A DNA stretch of 64,000 nucleotides from an uncultured Nitrospiraceae bacterium (GTDB lineage: Bacteria > Nitrospirota > Nitrospiria > Nitrospirales > Nitrospiraceae), in the NCBI GenBank assembly GCA_963706325.1, contig CAVPLT010000001.1:512001-576000 (forward strand), in the 5' to 3' direction. Below the pieces are notes generated by a model. The model was not told the DNA's origin and made no database searches. It was given only the letters and a program-made list of their open reading frames with translations. Position numbers and translations under genes: made by a program. Shown here piece by piece: positions 50,773-60,539 of the stretch. The number at the start of each line of letters is the position of its first letter. The stretch's first letter is position 1.

Positions 50773-51282
50773 GTGGAAGAGTTGACAGACATTCTGGTGG
50801 GTCTCGAGCAGCGGATCAGCGCTTATCGGAATCGCTATCAGGAGCTTGAGAAAAAACGACGGCGACTCGATGACGAGATCGCCATGATCAGGAAGTATCT
50901 GGAGTTGGCGGAAACTCTTTACCGAGTGGAAGCAGACAAGGCGAAGCTGGCCAGTCTTTCCAGCCAGATTATTACCGATGAGAAAGGTGTCCGTCCCCTT
51001 CCTGTGACGGACGTCACGGATCAATCGCGCGAAATTCTGCTTGGGAAAAGCAAGTATGTTGGGAAGAGTGTTCCAGAAGCCGCGTATGTCATTCTTAAAG
51101 AAGCGAGTCGGCCTATGCACGCCAAGGAGTTATTGCAACGCTTGCTAGAGGGCGGCTTGCAGATCAAAGGAAAGACGCCATTGACCTCGGTGGCGACTTC
51201 ATTGAAGCGAGATAAACGGTTTCAGAAGGTCGGCCCGAACACATTTGCGGTTATGACTCAAGAATTGACAGCGGTCGTGTAA
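50773..51282 (+). CDS. Coiled-coil plus HARE-HTH (HB1/ASXL/RNAP-delta-like winged helix) protein
   Basis: GTG after SD GAGGA; heptad-rich N-half; EAAYVILKEASRPMHAKEL...GKTP..SV...F.KVGPNTF. Confidence 0.75.
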   Translation: MEELTDILVGLEQRISAYRNRYQELEKKRRRLDDEIAMIRKYLELAETLYRVEADKAKLASLSSQIITDEKGVRPLPVTDVTDQSREILLGKSKYVGKSVPEAAYVILKEASRPMHAKELLQRLLEGGLQIKGKTPLTSVATSLKRDKRFQKVGPNTFAVMTQELTAVV

Positions 51283-51334
51283 CGGGCGGAAGCAGTTCAC
51301 GTCAACTTTAAAAGTGTGAAGGGAGGTGAGAGTC

Positions 51335-51391
51335 TTGGCAACGAAGAAGGCAGCGAAGAAACCAGCGAAGAAGACCGCAAAGAAGAAGTAA
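51335..51391 (+). CDS. 18-aa Lys/Ala-rich histone-H1-like micropeptide MATKKAAKKPAKKTAKKK
   Basis: SD GGGAGGTGA before TTG; 9 of 18 residues Lys; PAKK motif; followed by an intrinsic terminator; below the ORF-track cutoff. Confidence 0.7.
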   Translation: MATKKAAKKPAKKTAKKK

Positions 51392-51408
51392 GTCCCACCT
51401 GGATTTAC

Positions 51409-51446
51409 ACGCCGGAGGTAAGGCCACTTATCTCCGGCGTTTTTTT
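51409..51446 (+). terminator. Rho-independent terminator
   Basis: ACGCCGGAGGTAAG-GCCA-CTTATCTCCGGCGT followed by a T run. Confidence 0.85.
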
Positions 51447-51537
51447 ATGTCCTGATCCCCCTGTCGACGAGGAGGAGTGACATGGAGGGATGGCGCACGG
51501 CCGAGCGATTGCGAGATACGGCTGTTGAAAGGGTGGG

Positions 51538-52464
51538 TTAGACAGCGAGAGACGGAGCAGGGCGATGTAGTCCCAGGGACAAGCGCGATTCTGGCGCAGG
51601 GGCTGAATGTTCCGCTGTGATAAGTGCCCATTTGTCACGCTGGGAGAGGATTTGTTCGACGAGCCGAGTGTGCATTGCGTGACCGGAGCGTTCAGCAACA
51701 ATGTGGCCGATGAAGGGGAAGCCGAGAAGAGCAATATCGCCAATTAGGTCAAGCACTTTGTGGCGAACAAATTCGTTGGGGAAACGAAGGCCGGATTGAT
51801 TGACGACACCGTCGTCCGACAAGACCACCGTGTTATCGAGGGTTCCGCCTTTTCCGAGTCCTCGTGACCACAATGCTTCGACCTCATGCAGAAATCCAAA
51901 AGTCCGAGCAGTCGCGATGTCCTGTTCGAATGCCGAAGCAGAGCAGGTGTGGGTGTAGGACTGGGTTTGGATTAATGGATGATCGTAGTGTATGGAGTAT
52001 GTGATCTTCGGCGTTGAGGAAGGCTCGATTCTTACGCGGCGAGCCCCATCTACGACTTCAATGGGTTGTGTGATTTTCACATAGGATTGTCGACGGGCCT
52101 GTGGAATCACACCGGCCATTTTGATCAGGCGAACAAAAGGGCTGGCGCTTCCATCCAGAACAGGGACTTCTCCCGCGTCGACTTCCGCGTATACGTTATC
52201 GACTTCCATACCGACCAAGGCGGCCAAAAGATGCTCGATAGTCTTGACCTGTTGCCCATTTACGCAGATGGCCGTGCAGAGTTCTGTCGGCACTTTATTG
52301 GATACCGCGGCGGGAAGAAGCGTTTCTTCCGACCCCTTACGGTATATGAAGACAATACCAGTGTTGGGGGGCGCTGGACGGAGAGTCAGCGTGACGGGTT
52401 GGCCTGAATGGAGCCCGACGCCTGAACAGGAAACTGGAGAACCGATCGTTTGCTGAAACCGCAC
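51538..52464 (-). CDS. lpxC: UDP-3-O-acyl-N-acetylglucosamine deacetylase
   Basis: GVGLHSG, TIEHL, ARTFGF, HKVLDLIGD, SGH. Confidence 0.97.
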   Translation of the reverse strand: MRFQQTIGSPVSCSGVGLHSGQPVTLTLRPAPPNTGIVFIYRKGSEETLLPAAVSNKVPTELCTAICVNGQQVKTIEHLLAALVGMEVDNVYAEVDAGEVPVLDGSASPFVRLIKMAGVIPQARRQSYVKITQPIEVVDGARRVRIEPSSTPKITYSIHYDHPLIQTQSYTHTCSASAFEQDIATARTFGFLHEVEALWSRGLGKGGTLDNTVVLSDDGVVNQSGLRFPNEFVRHKVLDLIGDIALLGFPFIGHIVAERSGHAMHTRLVEQILSQRDKWALITAEHSAPAPESRLSLGLHRPAPSLAV

Positions 52465-52496
52465 AGTGCCTCCTCTGTGATGTAACTCCTTTACCT

Positions 52497-52512
52497 AGCA
52501 ATGCTTGTGCCA
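52497..52512 (-). promoter_or_regulatory. Sigma54 (-24/-12) promoter of lpxC
   Basis: TGGCAC-AAGCA-TTGCT on the minus strand, 32 nt upstream of the start; near-consensus IHF sites at about 52528-52540 and 52639-52651. Confidence 0.8.
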
Positions 52513-52704
52513 AATGATTCCACGTAATAAGTACGTGATAAGTAAAGACATCAGTCATTAATTTGCCGATAACTTCTGTGACTAAATTAGCACAATTGTA
52601 TCTTTTGGTATGACTGGAGAGCGCTGAGAAATTTGTGTTTTCAATGAGTTAGTACGATGTGGCTGGTTGTGCGCACCTATGCAGGCCCCACACCCTCCTT
52701 ACAG

Positions 52705-53376
52705 CTATGGCCTAGGCTCCAATTCGATGAGGCCCTTACGAATAGCAAGGATAGCAGCTTGAGTGCGATCGTAGACTTGAAGCTTGTGGAAAATATTACG
52801 AACATGGTTCTTCACGGTTTTTTCACTCAGATCCAAGTTATTTGCAATCTCTTTATTGGTCTTACCGTCCGCGACTAGTCGCAACACCGTCAGTTCGCGC
52901 TCCGTGAGGTCGTGCTCGACCCACCCTGGCTTCTTCCCTTTTTTTTGCGACATTAGGGAGAATTCGGCGAGGATTTTGCTCGCTACTGATGGATGAATGA
53001 GCGACTCCCCCTTGTAAATTGCACGAATCGCGGCCACGATTTGTGACGACTCCGAATCTTTGAGCAGATACCCCGTGGCGCCTGCGCGAACGAGATCGAA
53101 AATATACTGCTGTTCCTCATACATTGTCAGAGCGACAATCCCCATATGGGGAAATTCTCGCTTGATCTGCCGCGTGGCTTCGACGCCTCCCATGCGGGGC
53201 ATACTGACATCCATCAGAATCACATCCGGCATGAGCGTCTTGGTTTTCTCGACGGCTTCCGCACCGTCCTGTGCTTCACCGACCACATTGATGTCCTCTT
53301 TGGTCTTGAGGATCGCCGCGAGGCCTTCGCGAACCACGCGATGATCATCGGCTATCAGGACCTTAATTTTTTCCAT
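52705..53376 (-). CDS. NarL/LuxR-family response regulator
   Basis: REC (IADDH, LMD, YLLK) plus LuxR HTH (LTERE..G.TNKEIA..SEKTVKNH). Confidence 0.95.
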   Translation of the reverse strand: MEKIKVLIADDHRVVREGLAAILKTKEDINVVGEAQDGAEAVEKTKTLMPDVILMDVSMPRMGGVEATRQIKREFPHMGIVALTMYEEQQYIFDLVRAGATGYLLKDSESSQIVAAIRAIYKGESLIHPSVASKILAEFSLMSQKKGKKPGWVEHDLTERELTVLRLVADGKTNKEIANNLDLSEKTVKNHVRNIFHKLQVYDRTQAAILAIRKGLIELEPRP

Positions 53377-54406
53377 GACGAATCGTCTCCTTGTCGGCTA
53401 GTGGGATTCGCAACACGATTCGCGTGCCGCGCCCCTTCTTGGAATCGATCGTGGCTTCTCCCCCTACCAATCGTGCCCGTTCCAGAATGGCGCGAATGCC
53501 GAAATGATCCCACTTTTCGGGATCGCGGAGCACCGCATCCATATTAAACCCAATCCCGTTGTCGGAAATGGTCACTTTCAGCAGGTCCGCACGAATGTCG
53601 AGTTGGACCGACACTCGGCTGGCTTTGGCATGCTTCTGAACATTGCTCAACGCCTCTTGCACGATCCGAAAAAGGAAGATTTTGGTGCGAGGAAACAGAA
53701 TCGCCTCGTCACCGATGACCGAAAACGCCGTGTGAATCTGATATTGAGTTTCGTACGATTTGAGATAGTTGGTCAGCGCGGGAATCAATTCCATCTTGTC
53801 ATAGTGGAGTGGGCGCAAGTTGAAAATCACCTGCCTGGCTTCCTGAATTGCCAATTTCAGCTGGGCTTTGGATTCGCGAATCGTGGCTAGGCTGGCCTTG
53901 GGATTCTTGCGGAGCAATTCCTGGGAGAGCTCCAGCTTGAAATTGACGCCGGCGAGACTCTGCACCAGCCCGTCGTGTATTTCGCAGGCAATGCGAGTCC
54001 GTTCTTCCGTGACGGCGGCGCCCGTTTCTTTGACGTACAATCGATAAAGGGATTGATATTTGTTCAAGGCCTTCTCGATGTCGGCCGTCGCGCGGATGCG
54101 GGCCTCGATAAGCTGCCACATAAATTTGGCGCTGGCTCCCCCGATGACCGAGACGCCCATGCGTCGGATGTCTTGCAAGTATTCGCCGACCTCCGGGTTT
54201 CCGGAGACATCGATGACCAGATCGACCGGTCCCATTTTCAGAAGTTGTCGGTAATTGCGCGTCACGCGAATGTGCAACCGGCGAGCGAGCCCGATGCCCG
54301 GTGCCTGGGGACTGGTGTCCGCTACACCGACGATTCGGACCAACGGATCGTTGGCGAAGATCTCCATTAAGGCCGTGCCGCCGCGACCAGCACCGATGAT
54401 GACCAC
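53363..54406 (-). CDS. Cytoplasmic HisKA_3 sensor kinase with an N-terminal Rossmann-fold domain
   Basis: VIIGAGRGG..IVGVAD..DLVIDVSG; ERTRIACEIHDG; QEALSN..KHA, DNGIGF; true start may be 54485 via a frameshift. Confidence 0.88.
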   Translation of the reverse strand: MVIIGAGRGGTALMEIFANDPLVRIVGVADTSPQAPGIGLARRLHIRVTRNYRQLLKMGPVDLVIDVSGNPEVGEYLQDIRRMGVSVIGGASAKFMWQLIEARIRATADIEKALNKYQSLYRLYVKETGAAVTEERTRIACEIHDGLVQSLAGVNFKLELSQELLRKNPKASLATIRESKAQLKLAIQEARQVIFNLRPLHYDKMELIPALTNYLKSYETQYQIHTAFSVIGDEAILFPRTKIFLFRIVQEALSNVQKHAKASRVSVQLDIRADLLKVTISDNGIGFNMDAVLRDPEKWDHFGIRAILERARLVGGEATIDSKKGRGTRIVLRIPLADKETIRHGKN

Positions 54407-54584
54407 ATGCGTGGCTCCGGGCGAACGCCGCCTATTAGGCCGGAGGGCTTGTCGTCTCTCTCGCGTGAGGTCGAGTAGTTGCCATGTGTCCGCTATGCCG
54501 GTCGGAGTAGAGGCCTTCCCGTGCCGGTGCCCATCCCGCCTAAACCGAACGGACCGGTCCGGAAGGTGAGGAAAAGAGGAAGGC

Positions 54585-55049
54585 TTAACGCTCCCGGCGC
54601 TGCTGTGCCAGGGTCTTGATTTCGTCCATGAACTGGTCGATGTCTTTGAACTCTCGATACACGGATGCGAATCGGACGTAGGCGACTTGATCGAGCTGCG
54701 AGAGCTCCCTCATCACTTCTTCCCCGACAGCGGTGCTCACGATCTCGGTTTCACCCATATCCTGGATGCGCTTTTCGATACGATCGGTGACGGTTTCAAT
54801 AGTTGCAGTGCCAATCGGGCGTTTTTCACAGGCTTTTTTGAGACCGGAGACGATTTTCCCGCGATCGAACGGTTCCCGACGCCCGTCTTTTTTCACGACC
54901 GCAGGCATGGTCTCTTCGACACGTTCGTACGTCGTATAGCGGCGTTTGCAGGAGAGGCATTCGCGCCGTCGCCGGATGACCTCACCCTCCTTGGCCATCC
55001 GCGAATCGACGACCTTGTCCTCGACATCGTCGCAGAAGGGGCACTTCAC
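54585..55049 (-). CDS. nrdR: Transcriptional repressor NrdR
   Basis: MKCPFC..VVDSR..IRRRREC; ATP cone; AYVRFASVY. Confidence 0.97.
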   Translation of the reverse strand: MKCPFCDDVEDKVVDSRMAKEGEVIRRRRECLSCKRRYTTYERVEETMPAVVKKDGRREPFDRGKIVSGLKKACEKRPIGTATIETVTDRIEKRIQDMGETEIVSTAVGEEVMRELSQLDQVAYVRFASVYREFKDIDQFMDEIKTLAQQRRER

Positions 55050-55064
55050 GGGCGAACGTCCTGC

Positions 55065-56393
55065 CTAAGTGGGTGACGAATCGTAGGCATGAAAGATGGG
55101 GAAACGGTTGCACAATGTTTTTGCCTGCGCGCGTACGTCGGCCTGCACCTGTTGGTCTTGAGGATGTTGCAACACGCGATCAATGAGCGCCACGATCTCA
55201 CGCATGTCCGCCTCGCGCATGCCGCGAGTCGACACGATGGGACTACCGATCCGGATCCCGCTTGCCACGGCCGGTGGTTTCTCATCGTAGGGAACGGCAT
55301 TCTTGTTGACGATAATTCCGGCGGCATCCAAGGCGGCATCGGCTTCTTTGCCTGTGATGCCTTTGTTGGTCAGGTTCACAAGCATCAAGTGAGTATCGGT
55401 GCCTCCCGATACGATTTTGTAACCGCGCTCGACGAGTCCCTGCGCGAGGGTACGCGCGTTGGCAATCACTTGTTGCTGGTACCGTTTGAACGACGGAGAA
55501 AGCGCTTCCTTGAAGGCGACTGCTTTGGCGGCTATGACATGCATGAGGGGACCGCCTTGCAGTCCGGGGAAAATGATTTTGTCGACGGCCTTGGCATGTT
55601 CGGCCGTACACATGGTGACGCCACCGCGAGGACCTCGAAGGGTCTTATGGGTTGTGGTGGTCACAAAGTCCGCATAGGGGACAGGATTCGGGTGTAGGCC
55701 TGCCGCAATGAGTCCGGCAATATGCGCGATGTCGACTAACAGATAGGCTCCGACCGCCTTGGCAATCTCTTGGAATTGAGGGAAGTCGAGGGTGCGGGCA
55801 TAGGCGCTGGCTCCGACCACCAACATGCGTGGACGGCATTCTTCGGCAATCTTCCGGACCGCGGCATAGTCGATGGTTTCAGTCTGACGATCGACGCCAT
55901 ACGAAAAAGCACGAAAGATCATGCCGGAGAAGTTCACCTTGCTACCGTGCGTCAGGTGTCCACCTTGGGCCAGGTCCAACCCGAGAATCGTGTCGCCAGG
56001 TTTGAGCACTGCCAGATACGCGGCCATGTTGGCTTGGGAACCCGAATGCGGTTGCACGTTGACGTGCTCCGCCCCGAAGATCTGCTTGGCACGTTCGATG
56101 GCGAGGGTTTCGACCGTGTCGACATGCTGGCAGCCGCCATAGTAACGCTTGCCGGGATATCCCTCCGCGTACTTGTTGGTCATGACGCTGCCTTGAGCAG
56201 CCAAGACCGCTGGACTGGCGAAGTTTTCTGAGGCGATCAACAACAGCTTGTCCCGCTGCCGCTGGCCCTCGGCTTGAATGGCCTCGTAGGTCTCGGGGTC
56301 GGTTGATTGCAGCGCATCCAACGAACCGATCACATCCTGCATGCTTCCTCCGAGCGCGGCCTTTAGCGTGGCTGGCCGCGCATGATTACTCAA
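55065..56393 (-). CDS. glyA: Serine hydroxymethyltransferase
   Basis: [35 protein letters not shown]. Confidence 0.98.
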   Translation of the reverse strand: MSNHARPATLKAALGGSMQDVIGSLDALQSTDPETYEAIQAEGQRQRDKLLLIASENFASPAVLAAQGSVMTNKYAEGYPGKRYYGGCQHVDTVETLAIERAKQIFGAEHVNVQPHSGSQANMAAYLAVLKPGDTILGLDLAQGGHLTHGSKVNFSGMIFRAFSYGVDRQTETIDYAAVRKIAEECRPRMLVVGASAYARTLDFPQFQEIAKAVGAYLLVDIAHIAGLIAAGLHPNPVPYADFVTTTTHKTLRGPRGGVTMCTAEHAKAVDKIIFPGLQGGPLMHVIAAKAVAFKEALSPSFKRYQQQVIANARTLAQGLVERGYKIVSGGTDTHLMLVNLTNKGITGKEADAALDAAGIIVNKNAVPYDEKPPAVASGIRIGSPIVSTRGMREADMREIVALIDRVLQHPQDQQVQADVRAQAKTLCNRFPIFHAYDSSPT

Positions 56394-56397
56394 CGGG

Positions 56398-56871
56398 CTA
56401 AGCCGTAGCGACGGCTTCCGGCTCTTCTTGTTTTTTCACCACATGGACGGCAATGGTAGCCGTGACTTCGCGCGGCAGTTTGATGGCGATGGCAAACGTC
56501 CCGAGCTCCTTGATGGGCTGAGCCAGCTGAATTTTGCGCCGATCCACGGTGAAGCCTTGCTCGCCCAGTCCTTCCGCGATGTCCTTCGCTGTCACGGATC
56601 CGAACATCTTGTCGTCTTTTCCGACTTGGGCGGAGATGGTGAGTGAAACCGCTGAGATCTTTTTGCCGTGCTCCTCGATGTCCTGCTTTTCTTTTTTGGC
56701 CTTCTCAGCTGCGGCCCGTTTGGCATGTTCGAATTCTTTGATATTCCGGCCGTTGGCTTCGACGGCCTTCTTGCGAGGCAAGAGATAGTTCCTGGCAAAC
56801 CCATTGGAGACGTCCAAAAGGTCGCCGAGGTCGCCCACGCCTTCGAGTGTTTCTTGGAGAATCACCTTCAT
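56398..56871 (-). CDS. rplI: 50S ribosomal protein L9
   Basis: [35 protein letters not shown] before 56871. Confidence 0.97.
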   Translation of the reverse strand: MKVILQETLEGVGDLGDLLDVSNGFARNYLLPRKKAVEANGRNIKEFEHAKRAAAEKAKKEKQDIEEHGKKISAVSLTISAQVGKDDKMFGSVTAKDIAEGLGEQGFTVDRRKIQLAQPIKELGTFAIAIKLPREVTATIAVHVVKKQEEPEAVATA

Positions 56872-56901
56872 ACTGCAACTCCTTCTGTTGGAAAGGGAAA
56901 A

Positions 56902-56930
56902 AGCATACTGGCGGCCTGTGCAAAAGTCAA
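56902..56930 (-). promoter_or_regulatory. Putative sigma70 promoter of the rplI-glyA-nrdR operon
   Basis: TTGACT-17 nt-TATGCT on the minus strand. Confidence 0.65.
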
Positions 56931-57162
56931 TTGATCCGGAGCGACCAAAAGGGTTTTCTTCCTCCGCCCTCGACGCGGGGAATGTGGTCTCGGAAATCCT
57001 GTTGCTCCGAAATCGTCGTGAGGCGGCTGATGCTGGACAGGTTCTTTCTTGAATCATTAAGATGTGTTTCTTAGCGGGATCGTGGGCCTTAGCTTCAAAG
57101 GCGCGTCGCGCAGGACTACGACGGCACGTGGCACTAGAACTGACTGCAGGAGAACCATCTGT

Positions 57163-58632
57163 ATGACCGCAATGCCCGGCACCTTGCAGGATCTTCTGGA
57201 TCAGTTAGCCGCAAAATTGGAGCGCGATGCCGCGCGCAGCGCGGAGCAACGGCTCGATCAGCCTGTTTCACTTACGCGCGGTCGGCTGCTTCAGACTGTG
57301 GGCAATTTGCATCTGTATGAATTTTTTCTGTCTTCTGACGCGATCCTTGGCGCCGACCTCTCAGTGACAGTACTTCTGAGTGAGGAGGCCGAGCCGACCG
57401 AAGGCATCGTGCTGTGTCAGGACGGGGTGCGCCTTATCCTCCAGACCTTCGATGCCATTGGTGATGTCGTACCTAGCGCGACGCTGGTGCCGGACGTCAG
57501 CGGACTAGCTTTGACGATCAGTCGTCGTTTAATGGAGATGAGCAAGACCGGGGGATCCTACACGCTGGGCCCGGCAGAACGCCTCTTGCCCGTGCTCGAA
57601 GCGGGACAGTCAGGATACCGCGCGGTATTGGAGTCCCTGACGCCGACTTCTGTGCTGGTTCCCTTGTGGCATGAGGATCTGACGGTTGGTCGACAGAAAA
57701 TAGCCACGCTCGTCATTGAGTTACTTCGAGGCAACAAACGTATTCTCCTGGTCACCCCGGATCACCAGAGCGCTGACGCACTCACCCTTCTGATTGCACG
57801 TGCCATGAAAGCGGCTGGACTGACCTATAAGAGCTGGCTAAGCCGTTACGAACTCGCTATCGAAAAGGGAGGGGGCGGCATTCCGCTGTCCGAGCTAGGG
57901 TTCGAAGCGCAAATGCATCAGTTTTACGCCAAGTCCCGGTCCGACAAGGCAGTGCTCCGCAAGAAGTATGAACGGTTCCGTGAACTCACTCCGTTGCTCG
58001 CGTATAAAGCCCAGAAGCAGAAAGATCTAGACGAAGTGCGGTTACTAGAATGGCGCCTGCTGACTCAGCTGAGCGAATTCCAAGCCAAGATCAAGGAAAT
58101 TGAGACGACCCTGATTGAGTATGAGCAGCTTCCCATTTGGAAGCGTCTCTCCATGCAGGCGATGGGAAAGAATGTCGAGTCTTTGCGGGAATATCTGGTC
58201 ATCTATGAGCGGCACAGTACCGGGCTCCGCAAAGAGATCGATATCGCCAAGGACCGGATCAACGCACTCATTCCTGAAGCCACGGTGCCGAAAGATATCA
58301 AGCCTGAATTTGCCGAACTGAAAGAGGATGTCATTAGGTTGGGGGGGACGAAAAAAATACGAGAACTCCTGGCCGCCCAGGAAGATACCAATCGACAGGC
58401 CTTCGTGCAAAACCGGCGAGTGATCGTCACTACTGCTGCTCGAGTAGCGGCGGATCCCTTGTTTCGCCGAGTGCGGTTCGACGTGCTGATCGCCGACGAG
58501 GCCCCGCATATCCGGACTCCATTTTTGTTGGCAGCCGCGGGATTGGTCCGCGAGCGCATCGTGCTGAGCGGCGACCTGCGCGAGGTCACGTCGGACGGTC
58601 CTTGGAACCTTGCTGGCGGAATCTGCTCATAA
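57163..58632 (+). CDS. Degenerate SF1 (UPF1/DNA2-like, AAA_11) helicase-related protein with a coiled-coil insert
   Basis: RILLVTP..SADAL (motif Ia), FDVLIADEA (Walker B), IVLSGD (motif III); no GKT Walker A; no second RecA domain. Confidence 0.65.
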   Translation: MTAMPGTLQDLLDQLAAKLERDAARSAEQRLDQPVSLTRGRLLQTVGNLHLYEFFLSSDAILGADLSVTVLLSEEAEPTEGIVLCQDGVRLILQTFDAIGDVVPSATLVPDVSGLALTISRRLMEMSKTGGSYTLGPAERLLPVLEAGQSGYRAVLESLTPTSVLVPLWHEDLTVGRQKIATLVIELLRGNKRILLVTPDHQSADALTLLIARAMKAAGLTYKSWLSRYELAIEKGGGGIPLSELGFEAQMHQFYAKSRSDKAVLRKKYERFRELTPLLAYKAQKQKDLDEVRLLEWRLLTQLSEFQAKIKEIETTLIEYEQLPIWKRLSMQAMGKNVESLREYLVIYERHSTGLRKEIDIAKDRINALIPEATVPKDIKPEFAELKEDVIRLGGTKKIRELLAAQEDTNRQAFVQNRRVIVTTAARVAADPLFRRVRFDVLIADEAPHIRTPFLLAAAGLVRERIVLSGDLREVTSDGPWNLAGGICS

Positions 58633-58675
58633 CTGAGCGTTAGGCGTGCTCCATGCAGTTTTCCATCAGCTCATC

Positions 58676-58704
58676 TTGACGGGTATAGGCTGATCAGCGA
58701 TAAT
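58676..58704 (+). promoter_or_regulatory. Putative sigma70 promoter of tRNA-Leu
   Basis: TTGACG-17 nt-GATAAT. Confidence 0.65.
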
Positions 58705-58721
58705 CCCACTCCATTCCTCAG

Positions 58722-58808
58722 GCCGAAGTGGCGGAACTGGCAGACGCACTGGTTTCAGGTACCAGCGCCCGTAAGGGTATCCGGGTTCAACTCCCGGCTT
58801 CGGCACCA
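58722..58808 (+). tRNA. tRNA-Leu (anticodon CAG)
   Basis: Acceptor GCCGAAG/CTTCGGC plus ACCA; anticodon arm CTGGT-TTCAGGT-ACCAG; long variable arm; GGTTCAACTCC T-arm. Confidence 0.96.
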
Positions 58809-58905
58809 CCATCCGCTGACACCATAATCAAACGCGCTTCCGGCGATGGCATACCTCTCCTTCCCAAGCTGGTCGAAGTGGTAGTCATACCGGAGATGGT
58901 TTCGC

Positions 58906-59127
58906 TTATATCATTCTCATCTGCTTGATCTCTTCCCTTCGGCTATCCATCCACCTATCGAACTCAATTGAGAGGAATGGGTAGTCCGTCAAGAGTCCGC
59001 GCAGTCGGTCGGCTTGCCGGTCAGCGCCGGCCTGTTCCTTAGGTATCGCCTTGAGCTTCGCCTTGATGACGGAGAGTTTAGCTTTGGCCCGGTTTCGATG
59101 GGCTTGCTGTTTCTGTGGGCTAGTCAT
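58906..59127 (-). CDS. Hypothetical small basic protein
   Basis: 73-aa helical ORF downstream of the tRNA; no recognisable motif. Confidence 0.45.
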   Translation of the reverse strand: MTSPQKQQAHRNRAKAKLSVIKAKLKAIPKEQAGADRQADRLRGLLTDYPFLSIEFDRWMDSRREEIKQMRMI

Positions 59128-59236
59128 ACCCTATACTTGCAGAGTCGAACGGCTTGGAACACTGGGTATATCCCCACCCCCTAGACAGGTGACGAACGAC
59201 TGAGTAAGCTGAAGATACACCGATTATGAGGTACTT

Positions 59237-59557
59237 ATGCAGCTCAGGTTGGTCACACAGTCTCTTGTGTTTTCTTCCGTCCTGTTAGGCACATCATCCC
59301 TGCCGCCCTTCTCAATTCATGCAGAAGATCAGCAGCCGAAAGGGGCCACGGAGGAACAACAGCCGAAAGGGAATCTGGTTTTCCCTCCAAGGGATAAATT
59401 CGGTGACGTTTCGCCAGGTGCGGCCGAGGACACACTGAAGGCTTGTCTCGCGAGGATTCCCGAACAGGCTACGGTAGGGCAGCGTATGATGGCCGAACGT
59501 ACCTGCGAACGAGAAGAAGCGGGCAGAAATTTGTATCAAGGCACGCGATGGTTCTAA
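59237..59557 (+). CDS. Hypothetical exported protein
   Basis: SD GAGG; signal-like N-terminus; two Cys (CLARIP...RTC); duplicated QQPKG. Confidence 0.7.
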   Translation: MQLRLVTQSLVFSSVLLGTSSLPPFSIHAEDQQPKGATEEQQPKGNLVFPPRDKFGDVSPGAAEDTLKACLARIPEQATVGQRMMAERTCEREEAGRNLYQGTRWF

Positions 59558-60000
59558 TTCAGGCGCCTCGGATAACCTAAGGCACACATAAGGAGTCGCT
59601 CAGGAACGGGTCTAAGATCTCCACCCACCGGAGCCAACTTAACCACCATCCCCCAGCGATATCTTTCTTAAGGGACCTGGTGGCTAACTTCAAAAAGATG
59701 CATCATCCGCCACATATTCTTCTTCCTATGAGCATGCTGCAACTTTAGGCGGCCTCCGTTAAACAGTGCCTTTTTTGCGGTGTTACGCGCAGGACTCCTA
59801 CCTTTCATGATCCAGTAGAGGGGGTCGTTCTCATAAACAGGGTTGCGGGCGAATGCGGCGCGCTACGAGCTAATGCATCCCGATGGTTGTCGTGATGATC
59901 GGTTCGTGCGCATCAATGAGCCCTAGGTCCTCTCCGAGTAGGCACCCGAGGCCGATCGCGCTATGCTCCCCATAGGGAACCTTAATCTGTGGAGGCGCCC

Positions 60001-60468
60001 ATGGCGAGCAAGGTGGTGGTGATCGATAATGACCGTCAGGTCAGAGATGTGGTGTGCGCCGCGCTGGAGGATGATGGATTGGTGGCAGTGGGGGTGGGAA
60101 GCTATCCAGAAGCCATTCAGCAGCTCTGCTGGTCGCCGGCCGATCTGGCGATCAGTGATGGGTTCACGTCGGATGGGGTGACGGGGGTCTCTCTCCTGCA
60201 CCGGATGTTCCCCAGGCTGCGCCTCGTCGTATTGTCGGGCGGGGTGGCGCGCGCGATGAGGATTCCCTTTGCCACCCACGGCCTCTCGATTCTTCCGAAG
60301 CCCTGTAGTTTACACACGCTCCGGCAAACCGTTCGGGAGACCCTCATGGGCGACGCAGACGCCTGCTTACAAGAAATCGCCGACCGGGGCCGCCTCGGAT
60401 TTCTCATGGCGGTCCTTCGTTCGTCACCCATTGGGCCAGGCTCCTCGTGGGCCAGACTCCTCGCCTGA
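60001..60468 (+). CDS. Stand-alone receiver-domain protein
   Basis: VVVIDND, LAISD, VLSG, LPKP; SD GGAGG. Confidence 0.75.
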   Translation: MASKVVVIDNDRQVRDVVCAALEDDGLVAVGVGSYPEAIQQLCWSPADLAISDGFTSDGVTGVSLLHRMFPRLRLVVLSGGVARAMRIPFATHGLSILPKPCSLHTLRQTVRETLMGDADACLQEIADRGRLGFLMAVLRSSPIGPGSSWARLLA

Positions 60469-60539
60469 TTCCCCTGCACGGTTCCTGTAACCTCCAAGGG
60501 ATCCGTCCATCGGCCCTCCCACTCGCCGCGAGCTCCTCT

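Noticed and set aside
52514..52530. TTCCACGT as a possible parS site
   Set aside because: The right half does not match TGTTYCACGTGRAACA; I saw no convincing parS in the window by eye
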